DNA of 64,000 nt. Origin: an uncultured Sulfuricella sp. Lineage in GTDB: Bacteria; Pseudomonadota; Gammaproteobacteria; Burkholderiales; Sulfuricellaceae. This document shows positions 8,594 to 17,839 of this stretch, one piece after another. The notes beneath the pieces are model-generated. The model was given only the letters and a program-made list of their open reading frames with translations. It was not told the origin of the DNA and did not search any database. The stretch spans positions 381-64,380 of the forward strand of contig CAZDIJ010000008.1 of NCBI GenBank assembly GCA_964505475.1, in the 5' to 3' direction. Numbering within the stretch: the stretch's first letter is position 1; the number at the start of each line of letters is the position of its first letter. Position numbers and translations under genes: made by a program.

Positions 8594-10132
8594 TCATAGA
8601 ATCACCACGAAAGTCGCCATAATCAGCAGCAGCAGGTAGCGCGGCCGCTCCAGCAGGCTTTCCACGGACAGCAGATAGCCGCCCAGGAAGCCCAGGATGC
8701 GGCTGATCCGGCTGCCGCTTTCCTGCATTACCAGACGCCGCTCGAAGTCGTAAAAACGGTCGGCGCACCATTCCAGCATGGCGCCCGCCAAGCCCCGGCC
8801 ATGCACGATTTCGTCGCGGCCGCCGCGGGCGTCGGCGGCGGCGAGTCCCGCGCGGGCATCCTCGGGCATGCCCACCAGGCGGCTGACCACGCGGTCGTCG
8901 AGGTCGCGCATGTCGCGCGCCAGGCTTTGGGTGGGCTTCACCAGCAGCCAGTCGCCCAGCGCCTCCAGCCAGAAACGTTGCAGCGCCGCGGTGTAGAGCC
9001 GCTGGCGGCCGGCCAGCCAGCGCGGCGCCGGGCTGGCCGGATGGCCGGCGAGATGCATGTAGGAGGGCGAAGCGAGCATCTGCCAGGCGCGCCAGGCGGC
9101 GTGCAGCCCGAGATGCCAGGCGGCCAGGGTAAACAGGCCGAGGCCGCACTCCAGGAACATCAGGCCGACCTGGGCGGTGGTGGCGAAGATCAGGGTGCTT
9201 TTCACATCGGTCTGGGCGAGTCCGCCGAGGTAGCCGTACAGGGCGGTAAGCAGGCCGATGAAAGCGATCAGGCTCATCATCGCCGGCGCCTGGATCAGCA
9301 AGGGTTCGAGGCGCAGGGTCAGGTAGACGCCGGCATGCACCATCAGGGCGCCGTAGAAAATCGCGCTGGAGGGGGTCGGTCCCTCCAGCGCCCGGCCAAG
9401 CCAGGGCGAGAAGGGAACCTGCGCCGACTTGGCCAGCGCCGCGAGCATGAAGCCCAGCGCCAGCAGGCCGGCATACAGGGTTTCCAGCCGTCCCGGCGCG
9501 GTAATCCCTGGCCATTCGACCGTGCCCAGCCAGATCGCGGCGAGAGCGATGCCGAGGATGAATCCGGCGTCGCCGATGCGGTTGGTGACGAAAGCGCGCA
9601 GGGCGTTGCCGGTGGCGGTGGGGCGCTCGTAGGCGTAACCGATCAGCAGAAAGGAGCTGACCCCGGCCAGTTCCCAACCCGCGAAGGCCAGTACGGCGTT
9701 GCCGGAAAGCACGATCAGCAACATGCCGGCGCTGAACAGGCTCATCGCCAGGAAAAAGCGGTGAAAACCCGCCTCGCGGTGCAGGTAGTTGACCGAGAAG
9801 CGCAGGGTGACGAGGGCGATCGCCGCGACCAGGGTGGCGATCGGCAGGGACAAAGCATCCAGAGCGAAGGACAGCGGCACGGCGAAACTGCCGCTGCTGA
9901 ACCAGGTACCCACATGGACTTGGCCGGGAACACCCTGGTTGAGGGCAAGCAGATCCAGCGCCAGCAGATGCAGCAAGGCGAGCGCCGCGGCGCCGCTGGC
10001 CAGCCGGGCGGTAAGCGGCTCGGCCGCGTCGCCGGCGGCGCGCCCGGACAATACGCGCAGGGCGACGGCGGCGGCGGCCAGCAAAGGCAGCAACGGGATC
10101 AGCCAGACAAGCCGCACCAGCATATCCATCAT
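8594..10132 (-). CDS. dabB: NuoL (NdhF)-type antiporter-like subunit, candidate DabB
   Basis: ..AFAGWELAGVSSFLLIGYAYERP..NRIGDAGFILGI..SAQVPFSPWLGRALEGPTPSSAIFYGALMVHAGVYL.. . The start was chosen at the ATGATG that overlaps the dabA TGA (ATGA). The listed ORF start at 10261 would overlap dabA by 130 nt. Confidence 0.8.
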   Translation of the reverse strand: MMDMLVRLVWLIPLLPLLAAAAVALRVLSGRAAGDAAEPLTARLASGAAALALLHLLALDLLALNQGVPGQVHVGTWFSSGSFAVPLSFALDALSLPIATLVAAIALVTLRFSVNYLHREAGFHRFFLAMSLFSAGMLLIVLSGNAVLAFAGWELAGVSSFLLIGYAYERPTATGNALRAFVTNRIGDAGFILGIALAAIWLGTVEWPGITAPGRLETLYAGLLALGFMLAALAKSAQVPFSPWLGRALEGPTPSSAIFYGALMVHAGVYLTLRLEPLLIQAPAMMSLIAFIGLLTALYGYLGGLAQTDVKSTLIFATTAQVGLMFLECGLGLFTLAAWHLGLHAAWRAWQMLASPSYMHLAGHPASPAPRWLAGRQRLYTAALQRFWLEALGDWLLVKPTQSLARDMRDLDDRVVSRLVGMPEDARAGLAAADARGGRDEIVHGRGLAGAMLEWCADRFYDFERRLVMQESGSRISRILGFLGGYLLSVESLLERPRYLLLLIMATFVVIL

Positions 10133-13100
10133 GCCGCCTCCCCTTCTGGCTGGCTCCATGGCACCGGGCGGGTCAACAGCGCCGGCGTCAAAGGCTCGCG
10201 CTGGCCGGCGAACCAGTCGGCGGAACATTCCACCTCGGGCAAGCGCGCGCCGCCTTCCCATTCCAGCCAGCCGCGCGCCGGGTCGAAAAGATGAATGGCG
10301 GCGCTCTCCGGGTCCTTGGCGGCGACAATCAGCCAGCCGTTGCCGATCAACTCCTGCAACGGCGGCTGGCGCTGGTAGATGGCGGTGACGAGTTCGACGG
10401 TGTTTTCCACCACCACCAGCAGGCGCATCGCCTCATGGATCTCGATCATCTGGCGCGGCAGGCCGGTGCGCAGGTCGGAACCTGCGCCTTCCATGACGCC
10501 GAGCAGGCCGGTGACGTTGTGCAGTATCTTGGTGCCGCAGCCGTACTGCTCGTTGTTCACCGTGGAAAAATAGTATTCCAGGCTGATCCCCGCGCCCACC
10601 GGGCCGTTGGCCAGCAGCAGCCCTTCCAGCACCTTGCCATCGGGGTCCTCGGCCGGGTCGTAGGAAATCAGAAAGGAACGCCGGTCGAAGAAAGCGCCGC
10701 GGCTCAGGGAACGGCGGCCGATAAAGGCGCAGGCGTTGGTGGCATGCCCCAACTCGGGGCGCGCCTGGGAAAAATCGTAGCGGCGTCCGACGACATGGCG
10801 CAGAGCGCTGTCCTTGCCGATGCCGAGGGGGGCTGAGGCGAGGCGGCGGCAGCGTTCCTGGGCGTGGGCGCGGGAAGCCTCGGCCAATTCACGGTCGAGC
10901 TTGGCATGGGCGGCGCGCAGTTCCGCCGGGATGTCCTCCAGATCGTACCAAATCACCGAGTCGTCGCAGGTGTTGTGCTCCGCGCCGAGAAACCAGGCGC
11001 CCGGCGGAATGGCGATGCCGCGTTCGGCAAGCAGCGCGCGCACCTCGGGGCGGTTGGCCATGCCCGCGAACAGGCGGGCGTTGGGGCCGCTGTGGCGGCC
11101 GGAGCAGGCGCCGCAATCGTAGGCCGATAGATGCGGGTTGTTCTGGCTGTTGGAGCCGTGTCCCACGATCACCGCCAGCGGAGCGAAACGGCCGGTCAGC
11201 CCGATGTTGCGCAGAAAGGCTTGCACCCGGTCTGCCTGCTCGGCGTCGGTGAAACCGGAGGGGCGCGGCGCATCCGGCGTGGCCGGGGCGCTGCCGGCCG
11301 GCGCGGTGAATTCGATGCGGGTCGGCACGCTCAGATCGAAGGATTGGGCGAGCCGGGCGGCGAAGCGGCCGAGACGGCCGGGCAGCAGCATTTTCCCGGC
11401 CAGCACCGCCAGGGCGGCGGGCGCGGCGACGGCGGACAGCAGCGCCGGAACGAGCAGGCCGCGGCGCGTGCCCTGGTGCAGCGTTTCCCGCCACTTCAGG
11501 CGCCGCGCCAGCCGCCGCCGATGCCGGGCGAAAAGCTCCTCGCTGCCGCCCCGCGGCAGTTCGCGCACTTCGTGGGCGGGCTTGGCCACCACCGGGCACA
11601 GCACGGTCGGCGCGTCATCGTCCAGGCCGTACCAGTTGATGAAAACGCTGAAATGGGCGGCCGCGCCGAAGGTTTCGAGGCGGGGATTGATTTCTTCGAG
11701 ATGGCGGCGCATCCCTTCCTCGCGGTCGTCCATGCAGAACACCAACTGCGCTTCGGGATCGGGATTCGCCGGACAGCGCGCGTGATTGGCGGCGACGGCG
11801 GCGAATATCTGCTCGCGGTAGTGGCGCTCGTAGGCATTCAGCCAGACGTAGCCGGTCTGGTCGGCGTCGAGGCGGGACAGGCCGCCGAGCAGCTTTTCCG
11901 CGCCGGCGCGGCCGATCGCGCGGATCTCGCCGCCGCGCAAGGCGAGGTGCTGGGCGAGAAGGAACAACGGCCAGGCGCTGCCGGCCACGCTGGCGCCGCC
12001 GCGCCGGTCGGCGGCGGGAGTCTGGCGCCATGCCCACAACAGCCCGGCCAAGCGGCGCCAGGCAGCCTCATCGACCGTTTCCCGGCGCTGCACGGCTTCC
12101 TGCACCTGGCGCTGCGCCAGGCTCACCAGGTACTCGGGCAGGCGCCCTTCAAACAGGGCGTGGCGCACCACCAATTCCTCGGCGTGGTGGCGGAAATGCC
12201 AGCGCAACACGTCGAGGCTGGCTTCGATGCGCCAATGGCGGCGGCACAGACGCTGGGAAAAAATCCGTTCCAGCACCAGTCTGACCGCGAGGAAGTCCAA
12301 CATTTCCACCGGCGTTCCCAGTCCGGCATGGCCGGGATGGTCATGGCGCCACAGCACCATGCCGAACCAGCCGGGAATTTCCAGGGCGAGCCGCTCCAGA
12401 TAGCCCGCCCAGCGCGCCTCGGGCAGGCCGAGCAGGCCGAGTTCCTGGACGATGGCGTCGAGTGAATCGCCGGGCAGGCGCTCCAAATGGGTTTTCCATT
12501 CCGGCAAGTCGGCGAAGACCCACGCCAGGTCGCTGGCGGCGCTCGCGCGCCAGGCCGCGTAGAAACCTTGCGGACGGCTGGGGTTGTGCCAGGCGGCCAG
12601 CCCCTGGTCGAGGTGGGAGGCGATATGGCGGATCAGCAGCGGGCGCAGTTCGTCGAGCAGGTCCTCGCCGGTAAGCGCGCGCAGCAGGGAACGCAACGTC
12701 CACGCTCCGCCCAGGCGCTCCAGCAGATCGTCCAGCAGCCGGTGGGCTTCCTCGCCGATCTGGAGGGCGACCGAAGGCTGTTCCGCCGCGCTGGCGAGCG
12801 CCGCGGTTTCTCCCGGATCGGAGGAAGGCTCCAGGAGTTCCTCGGGATGCAGCGAGGCATGTTCCAGCCCCAGCGTTTCGACGCAGGCCGCCCACAACTC
12901 TCCGACCGCCGCGGCTTCCCCGGCGTCGCCCAGCAGGCGGCTTCTCGCCTCTTCGGCGACATTGGGCTGAAAAGCGCAAAGGGCGCGGTTTTCCTCTACC
13001 TGCCATTTGAGCTGGCTGCGGGACAGGTGCTTGACCGGGTAAAGCAGCGAGGCGAGCGCCACCTCGCCCAGGGTAACCGTCCGGCCGGGCGCGCGCGCCA

Positions 13101-13401
13101 ACTCGGCGGCGGTGTCGAGACCGGATGCCTCGCGCAGCGCGGACTCCAGATCGGCTCGGCTGATCCTGCCCTGGGCGTAAAATTCGCGGAAGCGTTCTTC
13201 CGGCAGGTAGGCGCTGGCGCCGGTCAATTGGCGTGCGGCGGAAACCGCCTGGGTAAAGTGCAGGTGCTGGTAGCCGTGCAGGGTGTTGTGATGGACGAAA
13301 TCCTTGATCGGCGCCTGCGCCGGCAGCACGTGCTCGAGGCGGTGCGCCAGGTTGCGCAGTTGTTCGCGGATATCGCCGGAATGGTGTGAATCGCCGCTCA
13401 T
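10129..13401 (-). CDS. dabA: DUF2309 protein, candidate inorganic-carbon pump subunit DabA
   Basis: 1090 aa. N-terminal ..PIKDFVHHNTLHGYQHL.., FCMDDREE (CxDxR) and VGHGSNSQNNPHLSAYDCGACSG are the recalled DabA/UPF0753 zinc-site hallmarks. Located immediately upstream of a NuoL-like gene. Confidence 0.85.
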   Translation of the reverse strand: MSGDSHHSGDIREQLRNLAHRLEHVLPAQAPIKDFVHHNTLHGYQHLHFTQAVSAARQLTGASAYLPEERFREFYAQGRISRADLESALREASGLDTAAELARAPGRTVTLGEVALASLLYPVKHLSRSQLKWQVEENRALCAFQPNVAEEARSRLLGDAGEAAAVGELWAACVETLGLEHASLHPEELLEPSSDPGETAALASAAEQPSVALQIGEEAHRLLDDLLERLGGAWTLRSLLRALTGEDLLDELRPLLIRHIASHLDQGLAAWHNPSRPQGFYAAWRASAASDLAWVFADLPEWKTHLERLPGDSLDAIVQELGLLGLPEARWAGYLERLALEIPGWFGMVLWRHDHPGHAGLGTPVEMLDFLAVRLVLERIFSQRLCRRHWRIEASLDVLRWHFRHHAEELVVRHALFEGRLPEYLVSLAQRQVQEAVQRRETVDEAAWRRLAGLLWAWRQTPAADRRGGASVAGSAWPLFLLAQHLALRGGEIRAIGRAGAEKLLGGLSRLDADQTGYVWLNAYERHYREQIFAAVAANHARCPANPDPEAQLVFCMDDREEGMRRHLEEINPRLETFGAAAHFSVFINWYGLDDDAPTVLCPVVAKPAHEVRELPRGGSEELFARHRRRLARRLKWRETLHQGTRRGLLVPALLSAVAAPAALAVLAGKMLLPGRLGRFAARLAQSFDLSVPTRIEFTAPAGSAPATPDAPRPSGFTDAEQADRVQAFLRNIGLTGRFAPLAVIVGHGSNSQNNPHLSAYDCGACSGRHSGPNARLFAGMANRPEVRALLAERGIAIPPGAWFLGAEHNTCDDSVIWYDLEDIPAELRAAHAKLDRELAEASRAHAQERCRRLASAPLGIGKDSALRHVVGRRYDFSQARPELGHATNACAFIGRRSLSRGAFFDRRSFLISYDPAEDPDGKVLEGLLLANGPVGAGISLEYYFSTVNNEQYGCGTKILHNVTGLLGVMEGAGSDLRTGLPRQMIEIHEAMRLLVVVENTVELVTAIYQRQPPLQELIGNGWLIVAAKDPESAAIHLFDPARGWLEWEGGARLPEVECSADWFAGQREPLTPALLTRPVPWSQPEGEAA

Positions 13402-13402
13402 C

Positions 13403-14851
13403 TCAGAATAGCTGGCTCAATTGGTTGATCGAGGCCGTCATCAGATGCAGCGCCGGCGCGGGGAAAAAACCGATCGCCAGGATGCCGGCGGAGAGAACGC
13501 CGGCGGCGGCCAACTCGGTGCGCGTCAGATCGGGGACGTGACGCATGTTTTCGCGCACCGGACCGGTGAACAGGCGGCCGATGGTGCGGATGCCGTAGGC
13601 GGCGCTAATCAGCACGCCCAGGGAAAGCAGCGCCACCCAGCCGCCCCAGCGGGCAAAGCCGCCGACCAGGGCATGCAATTCGGCGATGAAGCTGGCGGTG
13701 CCGGGAAAACCGATGGCGGCGACGAAGGCCAGCACCGTGAAGAAGGCGAAGCGCGGCATGACGCGCACCAGCGAGCTGTAGTCGGCGATGTCGCGGGTGT
13801 GGGTACGGTCGTAAAGCAGGCCGATGAGCAGGAACAGGGCGCCGGCCACCAGGCCGTGGGCGATCATCTGCATCACCGCGCCGGTGAAGCCGGCGGCATT
13901 GAGCGCGGCGATACCGAGCAATACCACCCCCATGTGGCTGACCGAGGAATAGGCGACCATGCCCTTGAGATCGCGCTGGCGCCAGGCCAGCACGCCACCG
14001 TAGATCAGGCTGACCAGGGCGAGGGCGGCAAGCCAGCCCTGGAGGGCGACCACAGCGGCCGGCAGCATTTCGGCCGAGCGGATCAGGCCGTAGGAACCCA
14101 TCTTCAGCAGTATCCCGGAAAGCAGGATGGAAACCGGGCTGGGCGCTTCGACGTGCGCCAGGGGCAGCCAGCCGTGCAGGGGGAAAATCGGCATCTTGAC
14201 GCCGAAGCCGATCAGCAGGCCGATGAACAGCAGTATCTGGATGTTTTCCGGCAGTTTCGCGGCGCCGTGGGCGATCAGCACCATGTCGAAACTGTGGCCG
14301 GGCGCCGCGTCATAGATCATGAGCAGGGCAACCAGCATGAAAACCGCGCCGCCCATGGTGTACAACACGAAGTTGAGCGCCGCGCGGTGGCGGTTCTCGC
14401 CGCCCCAGCGGTCGATCAGGAAGAACAGCGGAATCAGGGTGAGTTCCCAGAACACGTAGAACAGCGACCAGTCGCGCGCCATGAAGACGCCGAGCATGGC
14501 CGATTCCAGCAGCAGGATCAGAAAATAATACCCCTTGATCCCCTCGCGGATGACGCTGGAAGCGAGGATCGCCACCACGGTGAGCAGGGTGGCGAGCAGC
14601 ACCATCGGATAGGAAATGCCGTCCACCCCAAGCGAGAAGGCGCTGCCCAGGCGGGGATTCCAGACATGGGTTTCGAACATCTGGATACCCGGCTGGGAAG
14701 CGTCGAACTGGGTGAGCAGCCCCCATGCCATGACGAAGGCGACGCCGCCGGCCAGCAGGGCGACCAGCCGTATCAGGCGCGGTCTGGCGGCGGGCAGCAG
14801 GGCGATGAGCAGGGCGCCGAAAACCGGGGCAAGCAGCAATACTCTCAACAT
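13403..14851 (-). CDS. NuoM (NdhD)-type antiporter-like subunit, first gene of the DAB-like block
   Basis: 482 aa, ..MPIFPLHGWLPLAHVEAPSPVSILLSGILLKMGSYGLIR..AYSSVSHMG.. . Its stop lies 1 nt before the dabA ATG. Confidence 0.8.
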   Translation of the reverse strand: MLRVLLLAPVFGALLIALLPAARPRLIRLVALLAGGVAFVMAWGLLTQFDASQPGIQMFETHVWNPRLGSAFSLGVDGISYPMVLLATLLTVVAILASSVIREGIKGYYFLILLLESAMLGVFMARDWSLFYVFWELTLIPLFFLIDRWGGENRHRAALNFVLYTMGGAVFMLVALLMIYDAAPGHSFDMVLIAHGAAKLPENIQILLFIGLLIGFGVKMPIFPLHGWLPLAHVEAPSPVSILLSGILLKMGSYGLIRSAEMLPAAVVALQGWLAALALVSLIYGGVLAWRQRDLKGMVAYSSVSHMGVVLLGIAALNAAGFTGAVMQMIAHGLVAGALFLLIGLLYDRTHTRDIADYSSLVRVMPRFAFFTVLAFVAAIGFPGTASFIAELHALVGGFARWGGWVALLSLGVLISAAYGIRTIGRLFTGPVRENMRHVPDLTRTELAAAGVLSAGILAIGFFPAPALHLMTASINQLSQLF

Positions 14852-14930
14852 GGGGTAATGAAAATAGTCCTAGGCTTGGCCGCGAGACGGCACGGAATAC
14901 TTCCTTCCGCCGCGCGGCATGACGGAAACA

Positions 14931-17045
14931 TCAAGGCCGGCGCAGCGGGCAGAAGGCGCCCTCGGTCGCATCATAACCCATGCACATGTAAATGGCATCC
15001 AGCGCCATGTCTTCGTTGGGGAAGATGTTGTCCTGGGTGATCTTGTCGAACAGGCCGGTGTGGCGCATCACGTCGATCACCTGCTTCTTCAGGCCGCTGA
15101 ACACCATGGTGATGTCGTTTTCCTTCAAGCGCTCCACCAGGTGATGGATGACCTCCTCGCCGGAGGCATCGAGTTGGTTGATGCCGTCGCCCACCACCAG
15201 CAGGAACTTGGCGTTGGGTTTGTGGGCGGCCGCCTCGAGAATGGCGTCCTCGAAGAATGGCACATTGGCGAAATAGAGCGAGCCGTCGAAACGCATGACG
15301 ATGATGTTTTCATCGGTCGGCAAATCGGGATGCACGCTCAGGTCGCGCAAGGTGCCGTCGTGATAGCGGCCAAGCTGGGCGACGCGCGGCTGCATGGTGC
15401 GGTACAGGTAGAGGATGATGGCCAGCCCGGCGCCCGCCATGATGCCGTTGTCGAGATGCGGAGCGAAGGCGAGCGTGGCGACAAAAGTGACCACCGAAGC
15501 GACGCCGTCGTGCTTGTGGGCGTGCCAGGCATGCTTGATCGCCTTGAAGTTGACCAGCCCGACCACCGCCATCATGATTACCGCGGCCAGCACCGCCTGC
15601 GGCAGATGGTAGAGCAGCGGGGTGAGGAACAGCAGGGTAACCAGCACGATCAGGCCGGTGAATACCGAGGACATGCCGGTCTTGGCGCCGGCGTTCATGT
15701 TGACCGCGGAACGCGAGAACGACCCGGAAACCGGGAAGGCCTGGCTCAAACTGCCGACGATGTTGGCGATGCCCTGGCCGACCAGTTCCTTGCTTGGATC
15801 GAGGCGCTGCTTGGTCTTGGCGGCGATGGCCTTGGCGATGGAAATGGCTTCCATGAAGCCGACCAGCGAAATCACCAGGGCGCTGCCGAGCAGAGCCATG
15901 ACGTTATCCCAGCCCAGCTTCGGCATTTGCATGTCGGGCAGACCGGAGGGAATGCCGCCGACCACGTCGCCGCCGCCGGAAAGGCTCAGCTCGCCTTCCT
16001 TCACCTTCTTGATGCGCCAGCGGTGGCCGTCGGTATCGACCCCCTTGGGCGCATGGTTCTTCAGGTAAAGGCGTGCCGGCTCCTCGCTGCTGGCCGGCGC
16101 CATGTCGAGGATGAACTTGCGCATGGTGCGCGCCGCCTTGCGTTTTTCGTCCTCGACATCCTTGAGCGTGCCCTGGAGCAGTTCGATCTCATAGTGCAGG
16201 GCGGCGACCAGGCGGTCATCCTCTTCCGGCTCCTTTTCCAGCTTTTTGATGCGCGCCAGCCGGGAAGTGATCTGCTTGTTGATGGAGGCGACGCGCGCCT
16301 CGTTGAACCACGCCAGTTCGATGACTTCGCGCACCTCGCTGTCCATGACCTGCTCGACCTTGACCTTGGCGGTCTGCTCGAAGCCGATCGCCCAGCTCAC
16401 CACCGTGGTGAGCGCCACGGCGATCAGCACCCCCGGCAGCCTGGGCAGGTATTTTTTCAGCCCCCACATGATGGCGAAGGCGGCCACCCCCATGAGCAGC
16501 GTGGGAATATGGGTATCGCCGATCTGTTGCAACACCCCCCAGATGTCGTTGACGAAGTGTTCGCTGCGCCCCATCGACACCCCGAAAATCTTGTTGAGCT
16601 GCGACAGTCCGATGATGATGGCGGCGGCGTTGGTGAAACCGACGATGACCGGGTGAGAGAGAAAGTTGACGATCACCCCCAGCTTGAACAGCCCGAGCAG
16701 CAACTGGATGCAGCCGACCAGCAAGGCCAGCAGGATGGCCAGGGCGATGAACTGCTCCGAGCCGAGCGCGGCAAGGGGCGCCAACGCCGACGCGGTCAGC
16801 AGCGACACCACCGCCACCGGGCCGGTGGCGAGCTGGGACGACGACCCCCACATGGCGGCGATCATCACCGGCAGGAACGAGGCATAAAGCCCGTAATAGG
16901 CCGGCAGCCCGGCCAACTGGGCATAAGCCATGGACTGGGGAATCAGCACCAGCGCCACGGTAATGCCAGCGATCAAATCGGCCTTGACGGCATCGCCGCG
17001 CAACGGGAACCACTTGAGAAACGGAAACAGATTATGGATAGACAT
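14931..17045 (-). CDS. SulP-family anion transporter with C-terminal STAS domain and a large internal insertion
   Basis: N-terminal ..DLIAGITVALVLIPQSMAYAQLAGLP..GPVAVVSLL.. is SulP-type. The C-terminal ~120 aa are STAS-like (..IIVMRFDGSLYFANV..). A ~135-aa charged, coiled-coil-like segment (residues ~225-360) interrupts the membrane domain. Confidence 0.85.
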   Translation of the reverse strand: MSIHNLFPFLKWFPLRGDAVKADLIAGITVALVLIPQSMAYAQLAGLPAYYGLYASFLPVMIAAMWGSSSQLATGPVAVVSLLTASALAPLAALGSEQFIALAILLALLVGCIQLLLGLFKLGVIVNFLSHPVIVGFTNAAAIIIGLSQLNKIFGVSMGRSEHFVNDIWGVLQQIGDTHIPTLLMGVAAFAIMWGLKKYLPRLPGVLIAVALTTVVSWAIGFEQTAKVKVEQVMDSEVREVIELAWFNEARVASINKQITSRLARIKKLEKEPEEDDRLVAALHYEIELLQGTLKDVEDEKRKAARTMRKFILDMAPASSEEPARLYLKNHAPKGVDTDGHRWRIKKVKEGELSLSGGGDVVGGIPSGLPDMQMPKLGWDNVMALLGSALVISLVGFMEAISIAKAIAAKTKQRLDPSKELVGQGIANIVGSLSQAFPVSGSFSRSAVNMNAGAKTGMSSVFTGLIVLVTLLFLTPLLYHLPQAVLAAVIMMAVVGLVNFKAIKHAWHAHKHDGVASVVTFVATLAFAPHLDNGIMAGAGLAIILYLYRTMQPRVAQLGRYHDGTLRDLSVHPDLPTDENIIVMRFDGSLYFANVPFFEDAILEAAAHKPNAKFLLVVGDGINQLDASGEEVIHHLVERLKENDITMVFSGLKKQVIDVMRHTGLFDKITQDNIFPNEDMALDAIYMCMGYDATEGAFCPLRRP

Positions 17046-17134
17046 GGATATTCTTATGTTAGGTTAGGTTTTATTGCCGCTTAACGGCGGACTTCCGGTT
17101 AACGATCGAATCGAACTGCCGCGCCCCGCCGTTT

Positions 17135-17533
17135 TCATCCCGGCGCTCCTGCGGACTTTATCGCCGCCACGGCCAGCGGACACGCCAGTTTTTCCCACGC
17201 GCCCGCTTGCCCGCCCCAGCTTTCCGTGGAATCTATCACCACGCAAGCCACGCACTCGTGCGTATTGGCATAGCGCACCACCTCCCGGGCGGAAAGCGTC
17301 GGCTGGTAGCCGATACGGTACTGAAGCCCGTCTTCCTCGCATTGCCGCAGCAATCCCGCGAGCGGCGCGGGCGGATTTTCCTTGTCGGCCTGCATCAGGA
17401 TTTCCAGCCCGGCGCTCATTCTTTTCGCCAGGCTCGACGCGGACGAAAACAAACGCTGATCGAGATGCTCGCCCTTGACGGCCAGCAATACCCGGCGCGG
17501 GGGAAATGGCACGGCGACTCCCGGTGCGGTCAC
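17135..17533 (-). CDS. Hypothetical protein (possibly USP-like alpha/beta fold)
   Basis: 132-aa ORF with a GTG start, located upstream of the SulP gene on the same strand. No diagnostic motif recognised. Confidence 0.4.
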   Translation of the reverse strand: MTAPGVAVPFPPRRVLLAVKGEHLDQRLFSSASSLAKRMSAGLEILMQADKENPPAPLAGLLRQCEEDGLQYRIGYQPTLSAREVVRYANTHECVACVVIDSTESWGGQAGAWEKLACPLAVAAIKSAGAPG

Positions 17534-17741
17534 TTCGGATCAGCGGCGCGGAAACTTCACGATCTTCGCGGAAACGGCGCAGCCGCGAACCCTTGTTGTG
17601 GAGCGCACCGTCAGGCCGCGGCTAAACCGAACATCCCCGGCTTCATGCCCGACTACGGCCAGCCACAAGGCTTTCAGTTTTTTCATCAACGGCGTCATGA
17701 CGGCTATCTCTCACCAGCGGAATGTCTTGCACCGTCATGAG

Positions 17742-17757
17742 AGCAGATTTCATGCCA
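17742..17757 (-). promoter_or_regulatory. Candidate sigma54 (-24/-12) promoter for the hypothetical-SulP-DAB transcription unit
   Basis: The minus strand reads TGGCATGAAATCTGCT. GG and GC have the consensus spacing of TGGCACG-N4-TTGCW, with two mismatches. It points toward 17533. Confidence 0.5.
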
Positions 17758-17839
17758 AGCCATGAATCAAAGAAACAAGGCTTTGTTTTTAATGAAAACA
17801 AGCGTCACTTTACCAAATCTTGACATTTCCGCAATAGGG

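Noticed and set aside
8594-10261. N-terminal 43 residues of the listed NuoL-like ORF (MGRRRALARGG..)
   Set aside because: They would overlap the dabA 3' end by 130 nt. The ATGATG at 10132 overlaps the dabA TGA and begins the hydrophobic MMDMLVRLVWLIPLL N-terminus, so the start was moved to 10132.
14919-17084. 721-aa plus-strand ORF, and similar very long ORFs at 13421..15040, 25118..27247, 27396..29315, 29866..31533, 31639..33624, 34356..36281, 40148..41740, 5378..6949 and 22449..23063
   Set aside because: All lie antisense to, or out of frame with, well-supported genes (SulP, NuoM-like, TonB receptors, nifJ, hrpA, nrtA). They have R/G/H/Q/A/P-rich shadow-frame composition and no recognisable motifs. 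This is typical stop-poor antisense frame behaviour in GC-rich DNA.
17540-17698. 52-aa minus-strand ORF (MTPLMKKLKALWLAVVGHEAG..) between the candidate sigma54 promoter and the 17533 gene
   Set aside because: No convincing RBS, only moderate third-position GC bias and no recognisable family. It may be leader sequence, so it is left unannotated.
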